64,000 bases of DNA from Lama glama. Lineage: Eukaryota. The notes under the pieces were generated by a model that was not told the origin of the DNA, did not search any database, and was given only the letters and a program-made list of their open reading frames with translations. The stretch spans positions 496,001 to 560,000 of the forward strand of contig CM052831.1 of the NCBI GenBank assembly GCA_028534125.1, given 5' to 3'. Below are positions 33,815-47,400 of the stretch, in pieces. The first letter of the stretch is position 1; every line of letters starts with the position of its first letter. The position numbers and the translations under genes were made by a program.

Positions 33815-36639
33815 GGGCGCCCGGCGGCCTCGGGCCGGGTCCGGGCGCGGGGCAGCGTCCTCGAGGTTGCGGCCCGGCGGCGGGCGGGGGGCGCGCGGGG
33901 GCTGCGGCTCGCGTATTCGCGTCCCCGCGTGTCCGCGCCCCCGCGTGTCCCTGCGGTTTCGGCCCGGTTCAGTCCTGTCCGGGCGCAGCCGCGGCGCCGA
34001 GCCCGCGCGTCCCCGCCCGGTCGGGATGGGACCCTGCCCGCCGCGCTCGCGGGGCCGCGCCGCCTCCTCCGGGCCGGGCGGGGAGAAAGTTGGTGGCGGC
34101 CCCGTCGGGAGGGCCCTGCGGCCGGGCCGGGTCGGCGGACCGCGCTGGACCTCTGGCGCCTGCAGGCCCGCGGGGCTGGAGTGGGCGCCGGTCGGCCCAG
34201 GCCCGCAGGCCCGCGCAGGCTGGGAGGGGCGGTGCGCCAGCCGCGCGCCCGGCCTCCTCGCCGCCCCGCGCGGGGCCTCTCCAGGGTCAGCCGCTTCCCG
34301 CGGCCGCTCCTAGGGCTACTGCGCGGCCCCGGGCCTGGTGGGCGGTGGGGCTGGCGGCGGCGGGGCGCGATCGAGTGGCCTCGGGGAGGGGAGCGCGGCT
34401 CTGGGGACCCCCACCCTCTCAGAGACCCCAGTGGCAGCCCGGGAAGGGGGCGAGAGGGGCTCCGGTGGCTGCTTAGAGCCTGGAGCTGCCCCTGGCTCAT
34501 CTGTGGGGTGCTGGGGCCACGCCCCTTGAAAGAAAGGGGTGTGTGTGTTAGGGGACGTGGATCGAGCCTCTGTCCCTGAGCCTGGGATCCGGTGGTGCGG
34601 CCCTCCGCGCCTCTCCACCTCCTTCCAAGCTGAGGCCGGTTCTCTGGGTCTGCACGGGGGTGGGGCTCAGCTTTGCTACTCTGGCCCTGGGGGAGGGCGC
34701 CCCAGATGCCCTGGCGCCCTGCTGGTTTGGGGTATGCGGGAGAGACCAGGTGCTTCGCCCAGACTCTGCCCCGTCCCGTGCTAGAGGCGGACGCAGAAAC
34801 CAGTGATTCCGCTTCGGAGTCAGGCAGCAAGTCAGCCTGGGAGGGGGACCCGGAGGCCCCGGAAGGGCATTTCAGGCAGAGGAGATGGCTTTGCGGAGGT
34901 CTGGCCGCCCCGGTGTGGCCGAGGTGTGTACTTGGGAGCGGGAGGCCCATGAGGGCTGTGGACAAAGCAGACAGCCCTTTGCTGGCCCCTGGTCCTGGCC
35001 TGCGTGTTTTAACCCCCTGGAGGGTCCCTGTCTGGAGCAGCTGGCTGGGAGGAGAGGGCTCCCGAGGGAAGGCCAGGTGCAAGCACTTGTTCTGAGGAGC
35101 AGGACTTCAGTGCCCCCAGATCCTAGTCCCATGGGACTTGCCGGGAGGGGGAGCAGGCGCCTGGAGACCACCTCCCTGGGCCTCTGTTGGGGGAGGGGGT
35201 GTGACAGGGGCAGCTCTCTCTGCCCTGATTGCTGACAGGCACCACTGACCACTGGGTAGGACGGCCGTCTTCTCCACCCCCACGCCCGACCTGTCTCAGC
35301 TCTAGAAGGATCTGGGGCTGGGAGGGGGCAGGGGTTGGGGCTGTCCTGTGAAGAGGCCTCTGAGGGCCTTTGTTTCTCAGGCAAGAAGTGGTGGTGGCCG
35401 CTGGGCCCCAGAGAGGGAAGGGGTGGTTGCCTGTCGCTCTCCCCACGCTCCGCTGGATGGCTGAGCCCATCCTGTGCGGGAGTGGAGCCTCTGGCCGGCC
35501 CGTCCGCCCGTGTGCTGGCCTCCGTCTCCCTGCTCACCTCCCATCCGCTCCCCCACGCCAGGGCAGCTTCTCCTTCCCAGGCAGGCTCTGACTAGGCCAG
35601 CCCAGCCTGCTGCCACACCAGACGCTGTGTTCACGCTCACGACCCCTCTGCGTGGTCCGGCGGGTTCCAGCCCGGGCCTTTGCTCATGCTGCGCCCCCCC
35701 CCCAGCACATGTGCAATCCTTCTAGAGCAGCTGGAAGGGCCTCCACGGGCCACAGTGGCCGGTGCTGTGCCCCGCTGGCCAGTAGCACATTTCTGCTGGT
35801 GCCGCTCCCCCAGCCCAGCCTGGTCCTCCCCAGCGGCGGCTTTGGAATGAATGCATTTCTCCTGGGCAGACCAGAGGCCTGTGGGAGTCCAGGCTTCAGC
35901 AGGCGTGCTCAGAACTAGCTGGGTGACCTTGGGTCTGTCGGAGACCAAGCTCCGTATCTCTCAGATAGGGGAAGTCACGCAAGTGTCTTCACCGGCCCTG
36001 GCGAGGCCTGGTCCTGAGGACCCCGCCACAGGCATGGGCCCCCGTCCTGGCTGCAGCCCTTGCCCGGGCTGGCCCTCCTGGGCAGCTCTGTTGGGGCAGG
36101 CAGAGTGGGCCCAAGGCCGGGCTGGAGTCTGGGTGGTGCTTCTTCAGCTGGGTCCCTCCTGTTTAATATAAAAAGTGGGTCCCGTAATTGCATTAAGACG
36201 TGTATAATTATCCCGGAGGAGGGGAAGCCCGGCCCTTGGTAATTGCAGGCCTGCTTTGAACTGATAAACGGTGAGTGATTCATGTTTTCTTTGAGTTCAC
36301 AGGCACTCAGCCCAGGCCCTGCTGCCACCGCGAGGAGCCTGTTCTCCGGCTCCTGCGCCGGGAGCAGGGGCTGGGGACTCCTCTCCTGGCTGCCTGGGAC
36401 GTCCCTGGTGGCCGGAGTTCTTGGGGATGCCTGGGTGGAGACCCTCGGGGAAGGCAGCCAGCAGCCTGCTGGGAGCTCAGCCTGGCTCCCTTACTGTGGG
36501 CTCCTGGCCAAAATCCCCGCTTCCGGAGCCTCGGTCCCCCCCCCCAACCCCTGCAGAGATTTGGGCTTTCAGTCGGCAGAGGGTGTGTGGGGAGTGAGGA
36601 CGGGGTGCAGGAGTGGGTGCAGCTCTGCCGGGACCCCAC

Positions 36640-36790
36640 CGTTCATTCATTCATCCATTGATTCATTCACTGATGAGTGTAAGCTCCCGGGCTGCCTCTG
36701 GGCCTTGGTGGGAGACCACAGAGCCAGGCTCTGCACTCCGCGGACCTGCCATTCTGGCGTGGGGAGCATCCGGGACCAACGTGTAACAAG
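36640..36790 (-). mobile_element. L2 3' end fragment
   Basis: ttcattcattcatccattgattcattcact tail followed by L2-like sequence. Confidence 0.5.
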
Positions 36791-37805
36791 ACTGTTAGCA
36801 CGTGGCACACTGCAGATCAAGGAGTGACGGCCTGAGAGAGGCGGCTGTGCCTTCAGCCGGCGGGTCTGGGGAGACAGCTGAGGCACAGGGCTGTGGGCAG
36901 GGAGGGAAGAGCATCCCGCGGAGGGGCCAGCCAGCCCAGGGCCCGGGGAGGCCGGGGAGCCCTGAGCTGCTGGGACAGACGGCCCTACGGCCAGCTCCCA
37001 GCCTGGGCTTGGCAGGAGGCACCTACAGGTTCAACATCAGCTTACCTGCCTGTAAAACGTGGGGTGTTGTCTGGGGCAGAGTGAGCGCAGCCCCGCCAGT
37101 GCCCACCCACAGTGGGGGCTCAGGGCTGCTGTGGTCAGCTCCGTCCAAGAGTGGGGTGAGGCCACGGCTTATCTGGGAACGTGACCAGCAGAGCCAGGGC
37201 AGGACCCCTGCTGGCTCTGAGAGGGCACCCCTGACCTTCCAGCCTTCATCCTGGGGAGAGGAGCTGTCATCATCTCTGACCGAGGCTGGGAAAGAGGACC
37301 GACCCCGGCAGGGCCGCGAGGCTGTGGCGAAGCAGGGTCTACGTTTAACCCGGCCCTGCTGCCGACTTGTGGGCAGTGGGGAGATGAGACTTTCGAGAGG
37401 AAATGGGGCCACCCAGGATGTGGGGGCAGCAGTTTGCTGGGGGTAGGGATGGGAGATGGAGGTACCCATAGCAGGGCTCCTGGGTCAGTCCTCAGAGTCC
37501 TCCCAGGCTGCGCTCAGGTCAGCCAGTGAGTGGCCCCAGGGTCAGTGTGGCCCAGCCTGCTTTCTGCCAGTGCTGAGAACAGCTGCCCGAGTGTCCTCAT
37601 CTGCTGTGGGGCGGTACCCATCAGTAGGGCTGCCTGGGGCCTCGGGCAGAGGGGTTGTCACCCACCCTGGGAGTTTGGGGCTGGGGAATCTGAGTCAGGA
37701 GGTGATAGCCTCCAGGTTTGGGTGTTCATGGGGCACCTCATCTAGACCCTGAGCCCTTGTCACCCATCTCATCCTTCTGGGTCCCTCTCACTCCTCCCCA
37801 GCTAG

Positions 37806-39347
<1,542 letters not shown>

Positions 39348-40770
39348 GTGAGTGAGCCGCCCGCCGTCTGCTCGCTTCGCCCGTCCCCCAGTCCCTGGCC
39401 CGTGGAGACACGTGACACGGCGCCGGCCCACACTGTGCGCCTCGGCCCCCTGCCAGGTGCCGTCTGCAGGGTGGGTGCTGCACCGGCGCCTTTGACCACA
39501 GAGCCTGCTCAGAGGCTGTGTTTGTCCTCCTTCAGAGGACGGGCCGATGTGACTGTGTCCAGGGGTCCACCAACCCCCGTGGACATTGGGTGGAACACTG
39601 ACCACATGCCTGGCGCTGTTCTCGGCGCTTGCCAGCCCTGTCTTGTCTCCATTTGACAGACAGGGTGGAGGAGAGGTCGGGTGTCCTGCCCAGGGTGCAC
39701 GGCCAGTGAGCAGCGAGCTGGGCCCGACCGGGGTCAGGTGGGCGCCGGAAACCATCTCCTCAGAGTCTCACCGAGAGGTTCCACCTGCACCCTCCCAAGT
39801 GCCTGGCCAGGAGCACAGGGTGGCAGTCCTGACCTAGGGGCAGCCCGAGAGCACGGGGCTGGGCCTGCACTGCCGGCAGTTCTGCTTCCCGGCCCTTGTG
39901 GGGCCGCTGGGGGCCAGAGGCTTTCGGGGGAACCTCTCGCAGGCGTCCCCAGGAATTAGGACCCCTGGTTCTCCAGGGAAGACCCCAGGCTCGGAGTGGG
40001 TCACAGGCTGGCTCGGGGTCAGGGGTCCAGGACCTCCAGAGCCAGGCCTGGTTCCCCTGCTCCTGCTGGTGGGGTGCGCCGGTGGCCCCAGAACGCCCAG
40101 CCCTGCGCTGGCTTCAGTTTTCCTCTGTCCTGGGAGGGACGCCGGCTTGTCTCCCGAGCAGCATGGGGCGGCCCTTCTTTCTCACGTCTGCCACTAAGCG
40201 TGGCCACCCCTGGACCAAGCCCTTGGGCGCGCAAGTCCGGCGCCTCGTCCATCTCCGCCTTGGCCTATGGAGAAAGGTCTCCACTGAGCAGGTGGAGAAA
40301 CTGAGGCTGGGGCAGCGTTGCTGAGGTCACTGCGCGCTCTGCACGCCCGGTGCCCGCGGCCGGCTCGCCCCCTCCCTGGCGTTGTCCCCGCTGTTCCTTC
40401 TTCCTCTCGGCTGCCCGGCCAGCACCCTGGGTCCAGCCCAGACTCTGCCTCCCCTGCTGCTTCTGCAGCCTCTGCCCCTGCAAAGCTCAGACCCAGGCTG
40501 CTGCAGGGGAACCGCCCAGAACCGGCGCCCTGCCCCCCAGGCCCTTCTCCGGAACCTCCGCTATCGATTGCTTCCTGTGCCCGCAGGCTTCTCTCCGCAG
40601 GCCCTCCCCTCGCTGTCTAGGTGTGACCCTGTCTCTGTCTTGATAAATGTCCCGTGCTCCAGAGCCCCTGGCCACCCGCCCGTGTGGCCGTCGCTGTGCA
40701 GCCGGCCGGCCCCTCCCTGCCTTACCCAGGCTGCCCCTCTGGCTTGCTGCCCCCTGGAGGGTGGGTATGA

Positions 40771-41400
<630 letters not shown>

Positions 41401-44400
41401 TAAGGCTGGGCGTCGGGGCTCTGAGGGCGGGTCGGGCCTGGTGAGGGGCCGTCTACCCCCTGAGGCCCGGAGCTGCTGGCCCTGCTCTCTGAGGGCGCAC
41501 AGTGACCTTGGGGGAAGGCTGGGTGGCAGGAACAGAGCAAGCCTGCGCGGCCCCCTCCCCTCCGGGATCCAGTGTCTGCTGAGACAGCACTCTGCCCTGG
41601 CGGGAGGCCCTTGCCAGGCTCGGCGACAGCAAGGCCAAGGGCAGGGCAAGGGTGGCACCCCCGCCCCCACTGCTGCTGGTTGGTGTGGAAGCAGCGTGGT
41701 GGCTGCAGAGTGAGGGGCAGCTTCTGGGCCCCTCTGTGGGCTCCTCGGGGTTGGGGGGCCATGGCCTCTTCAGGTGGTTCCAGGCTGCCTCCTCCAGCAG
41801 CAGGTGTCGGGCTGAGATGGGCAGGGAGGCTCCCTGGGGAGGCAGCCACCTGTGGGTCAGTCCAGACCCACTAGATTGGTGGGGGCCAGCCAGGGCCTGC
41901 GGTGGAGGAAGACCCCTGGGCGGCAGTAGGGCTGGGGTGCCTGGGAGCCCTGAGGGTCAGTGCAGGGGCGGCGCCTGGAGGACGCAATGACAGCTGTCCC
42001 GAGCCCTACTGCTGACACAGCTCTCCGCCTGGCCTGCGCCTGTGGGTGGGGCCGGGCCTGGGGCCAGCGAGGCCCTTGCTAGCTCCCAGCCCTGGTGCCA
42101 GGGTGTGTGGGAGGGGGTCTCCCATCTCTGCCGTGTTGGCTACACTGGGAATCAGGTCTCACTGTGCTCTGACCCTGACCTCTGGGGAGGGACCTGCACC
42201 CCAGCCTCAGCTTCCCCTCCATGAGTGGAGCCTGGAGTGTGGGCGTGGCTGCATGGGCGGGTGGCACCGGGGGCCCCTGGCTAGGCGCTGTGGGGTTTTG
42301 CTCACAGCGGCTGAGGTCCAGTGGGTGGTGGCAGGCCAGCCCCTGTGCCCTGAGAGCTGGTTCTCATGTGCCCCACCCTTCTGGCCGCGGGGTCAGGTGC
42401 TCTCCTCTCCTGCGGGTGGCCCCCCACTGTGGCACAGGTCCCTCCACCCATTGCCCCAGGAGGGCACATGGGGCTGGGGGAGCAGAGGAGAGGGGCCTGG
42501 ACCCCGTGGGTGCGTGTCAGTGGATTGTGCCTGGCAGAGGCCTGCCTGAGGCAGCACAAGCCGCCTAGGTGGGTCTGTGGGAGAAGCTGCCTGAAAACAT
42601 TCCCTCGGGGGCCCTTGACCCAGTCACCTGGCGGAGGCCAGACTCCTGGGGCTGGGAATGGCCCTTTTGATGGCTGGTGGGCTGGTGGCCAGGCACTGTC
42701 TTTGCCCACAGGCCACCCTGTGAGGCTTGGAGAATGCGTTCGTCCAGCACTGCCCACCCCCAGGCCTCTTGGCCTCTTCCCTGCCCCAGTCCCTTGGAGG
42801 GGAGACCAAGGCCGAGTGGGGACCATGGAGGTGGCTCCGGCTGGAGGTCCCCTCTCTGCTCCTCCCCGGCGTCTACACCCAGTGCCCTGTCCACCCCAGG
42901 CACACCAGGCAGGGCACCTCGCACCTGAGTGGACGGTCCCCTTTCTGGGGGGTGGGGTCAGCTGTGCCCAGGGGCTGCTGGCTGTCATTTGGGGGATCAG
43001 AACAGCTGGTTTAGAGGCCCTCCCACAAGGCGCACCTCCCTCACCCCCTAGACCTCCCCCTGCACCCCTGCACCCATGCCCATCTCCCACATGGAGGGCC
43101 ATGAGGTTGTTCACGTCCCGCGGCGAGTCGCTCGCTCCCAGTCTTGCTGGAACGCTGAGCCCCGCCGTGGCCTCAGCTTTAGCTGCGGGTGGAGACCTAG
43201 AGCCGGGCGGGAGCCAGAGGAAGGGGTGTCCCCTCTCCTGCCCCTCTGTCCACAGCCCCCTCCGTCTCCCAGGGGTCCCCACGCTGGATCTCCGGCCGTG
43301 ACGCCCGGTGACAGGCGCTGCTCCCTGCTGGAGTGCCTCTCCTCAGCCAGGGCCTGCCTGCGGCAACAGACCCCCGCCCCTCCCTGTCCCTCCCGTGCCG
43401 TCCTGGCCCTGACCCAGCCTGGGGTGGGCGGCTGTGGGCCAGGGGCTGGGGCCGGACAGGGAGGGCTGCAGCTCCGACCCTGCCTGCTGGCCGCACAGCC
43501 TCCGCTCCGCGGGCCCTCAGGCTCCCTCTCTGGAGTTTCAGTCCCAAGCCTTCCTGCCTTCCAGGCCGGCTCAGCCTCCCCGCCCCCCCACCACCGTGAG
43601 CCATGGGCACCACCTCCCTGCCTCCGGCCCTCTGTCTTCCTGGCGTGTGGGGTCCGGCGCCTGGGGACTCCCACCCACCTTTGACCCGAGGTTAGGCCTG
43701 CTGTGCTGACAGGCCCTCCCCATGCCTGGTCCTTCTTGGGCTTTAAAAAGCAACCCGGGAGCCCTCGGGACGCGCCTGGCTCCCGGCCACCTCCAAACAG
43801 TGTTGTGTAAAGTTGCAGTCGATCAGCTCAAGAGCTGCCAGCTCGAGCTACTGAGGGCTGGTGGGGGTGCCCCTGACTCCCAGAGGCCCTGCCTGCCACC
43901 TGCCCCCCCCAACCCAACAGAGGCAGGCGCTCTCCTGGGCTGACCCCCTGGGAGCCCCAGCCCTGCATGTGCCCCCTGCACTGCCCCCGCCCTGTTGCCT
44001 CCAGGGACCCCCAGGCCCCGGTGTGAGTCCCAGAGCCAGCCCAGGTGCCTGCGGCGGGTCGGGGGACGACAGGCCCTGGACTCCCGCCTGTGGGTGCGCC
44101 CCCTGCCCTCCGCCGCCCACGGCCTTCTCAGAGCCGAGCTGGGGAATCCCTGCCCCGTGGGTTTGCTGAGAGGCCCTGGCTGTTCCCCGCTGCGGGGCGG
44201 GGGCTGCCCCAAGGGACACAGCTACCCTGTCTGAGCGCAGTCCTGCCGCTCAGTGGCCTTGCCAGGCAGGAGCGCCACCCCGTCTGCCTGTGCAGCCGGT
44301 TTTTCAAGAGAATCTGGAAAGCCGTATTTTGTGTGAGGTCTCCTGGTTGTTAACTGTTGGCTACAAATCTACATCTTAAGCCTCGTGGGCCAGCCCAAGC

Positions 44401-47400
44401 ATGCCACGGGCCACCAGGTGGTGGCCGGGGGCCTGAGCTGTGTCATCATGGGCCCTTGGGGGGCTGGGGGCGGGGCCCACCAGTGGGCGGACACTCCTGC
44501 CTGTACGGCAGTCCCAGGCTGTGGCTGTGGTGCTGTCCCCTGGGGGGCCTGGGCTGGCCTGTCCACCGTCCCCTCAGGCACAGTGCTTTGTGTCGGTGCT
44601 GAGCGCCTGCTGTGTGCAGCTCTGGGCCTGAACTGCCGGGGACGGGAACACTTCTTACCTTCCAGGGGCCTCTGTCTCTGGAAGCTTCCTGTGGAAGTGG
44701 CACCCCCCACTCACTCCAGGACTCTGAAACTCAGAGATTCTGAGAGTCTAGTGGCCTGGGGTGGGTCCCAGCCTCAGGGTGTTGGTGCAGCCTCTCCTCA
44801 GGATCCCCACTCAGGGCCTCCCTACCCCAAGGCCGACCACCTGCTTGGTGCATCCCGTGGGGGTCCCTGCACCCCAAGCCCAGGTCTGTGCAGGAGGTGA
44901 GCAGGGGAGGACCTGTGGGGCTCGGGGTGCTGACCTCACAAGAGATGCTGGCGGGACTGGGCTGGGCCCTGTGGGCTCCTGCATGTCTGGGCGAAGTGCT
45001 GGTTTCGAGTGACTTGCCCTCTGGCGCCTGCGGAGCTTCCTGGGGGCAGCCTGCACCTGGCGCCAAGTCGTGAGCCCTCGGCACATGCACACGGTCTCCA
45101 GGGGCAGGCGGGGTTGGGGCAGGGTGGTCCCCGGCATCCTGTGTGTGGCTGGTCTGTGACCAGCAGGCACACTAAAGTGTGACGCACCCGTGGGAAGGTG
45201 CGTGGCCTGGAAAGTGTCCCACGAGAGCGCAGCAGACACCCGTCCCCTCGAAGCCCCCTCCTGGTCACTGCCCTTCCCAGGGGTCACTTCACTGACTGAC
45301 TGTCCATCCCTGAGGGCTGGCTTGTGGCAGGAGCCACATGGCACGTCCTCCGTCTTCTCCTGCCCAGCGCCCTGTGGGACTTAAAACCTCTGCCCTGCGG
45401 GCAACTGCAGGTGGTCGCTCCTGTGCGTGGGGGCGTCCTCTGCTCACATGGCTGCACGGTGTCCCCTCGTTCTGGGCTGATGTGATGTTTCTATGTTGCC
45501 ATTTCCAGGACCAGGGGGCGTGGGCAGCAGCCGACAGGGTGGTCCGTCAGCGGTCGCCCACGGCCCTGCTCGTGGCTGAAGGCTGGGTCCCCGCCGTGCT
45601 CTCCTCCCTGGGAGCTGTTGGTGGGAGTGGAGGGTCCCAGCTGCCTGCTTCCGGGGTGTCTCGGCTGCTGTGCTGTGGGGCCCTTGGCTGCACTGCCCTG
45701 CCCACCAAAGGCGGTGGTCCCCAGAACCTGAGAGCGGCGTTGCCTGGTGCCCTGCAATGTGTCTGTGTTCTGGGGGTCAGGGTGTGGTCCTTCTGGTTCT
45801 GTTGGGTGTGGCTGGCAGTGGCGGGCTGAACCAGAAGGGCATAGGGGCCTCTCAGTCACCATGGGGGTCTGTCTAGAGGCGACCAGTCCCTTGTCCCAGA
45901 GCCAGTGCTGCAGGAGAGCCCATGCGACAGTGGCCAGTGGCGTTGCCCACGGTGAGCCTGGGGTATGGCCGGTCGGGCTCAGCCCCTGTGGGCACCCGGG
46001 CACTTGGGTAAGAATGACACTCTGGGGTGCAGGGGGTCTTGGCCTTCCTGTGCCCAGCCCCCGGTGCACCCAGGCTCACAGGACCCAAGTTTTCCACCCG
46101 CAGTGGCAGGGCCTCTCCCCCTCCAGGACCCGTCACCATGGGGGTTGGGGTGCGCATCCCTGGACAGTGCAGGAGATGGTCACAGAGGCTAGAAGAGGCC
46201 AGGGGTCTGGAGAGTCTGCCGGGAAGGGCGTTCTGGGTGGAGGGAACAGTAGGGTCCAAGCTCAGAGGTGCTCGTGCGCTGCCGGGAAGGGAGCAGTGCC
46301 AGAGGGGTCGAGGCTTATCCTGCCCGGTGCTCAGCAAGGGCTGCGGAGCCTGGCTGGGGGCAGAGAGCTGGACGGCAGTGGCGGCTTTGAGAAGCACAGA
46401 GCGCTGCATCATCTCCTCATGCCGAGACCCCACTCGGTAGAGTGGGTGATGGGCCTTGGGTTTGAGGTAGGGACACATGGCCAGGTGGTCACTGCTGCCA
46501 GCCACAGCGGGCGGCCTGCTGGGCTCTGCATGCTTACACCTCAGGCCATAGTGGCAGCCCGGCCACGTCTCTGGCGTGTGATGGAGGCTGTGTGAACTTG
46601 GCTGCCTCTCGGCCCAGCTTTGTGCAGCCTCTGTGGCAGTGGGGCAGGTTTTCTGGGACCACTGTAACCTCCTCCACACCCGCCTTCAGAAACTCTGAGC
46701 CTCTTAATTCTCCCGGCCCTGTGAGTTGGTTTCTGTCAGCAGACAAGGAAACTGAGGGTCAGGGAGGACCACTGCTTGTGTTGGCTGGTCCCTGCTTTCC
46801 TGTCTGTGTATTGAGGATTGCTGGTAGGAAAGATGAGATTCCTGGGACCCCCTACCTGACAGGTGTGTCTGGCTCAATTAGAACCATCAGGCCTCCTGCA
46901 AATCATGTTTTAATTACCTAATTACTGCCAAGAGGAAATTGCTAATTGCTTTTCCAGTATCAAATTTCTCCTGGCCTTTCTGAGAGCGGACCCAGGAAGG
47001 GGCCTAGAACCTGCCCCCTGCCAGAGAAGGGGGGAGCCTGTGGTGGCCCTGGACGGGGAGAGGAGAGGTCTGGGAGCTGGTCCTTCAGGGCATCAGCCAG
47101 GAGCCCTGACCAGGGAGGAGTTCCTGCGAGAAGAGGGTGCCAGAGGCTCCTGTCCTGTGCAGCCCCTCCCAGGACCACCCTGCCTCCTGGGGGGCTGGGA
47201 GCAGGTTTGGCAGCTGCATCTCCAGGAGGAGGGGGCTCCCCTGAAGTCCCAGCACTGAAGTCCCAGCGAGCTGGCCACTGCCCCCTCCTGTGCCTGCCCC
47301 CACCCAGGGCCTGTCCTGCTCCCCACCCCCACCCGTCTGGAGGCCAGGAGTCAGCTCAGCCTGTGCACCCCCGCTTTGCAGACAGGCACACGGGGGCCGC

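Larger units (their letters stand above)
32700..34620. promoter_or_regulatory. PLXNA1: CpG island / PLXNA1 promoter
   Basis: Very high GC and CpG density. Many GGGCGG/CCGCCC boxes, an NRF1-type palindrome GCGCATGCGC at 33516-33525 and CCTTTGAA at 33383-33390. Lies about 4.4 kb upstream of the first coding exon. Confidence 0.9.

Noticed and set aside
33586-35082. 498-aa minus-strand ORF and other 200+ aa ORFs over the CpG island
   Set aside because: Arg/Pro/Gly/Ala low-complexity products are expected where extreme GC makes stop codons rare.
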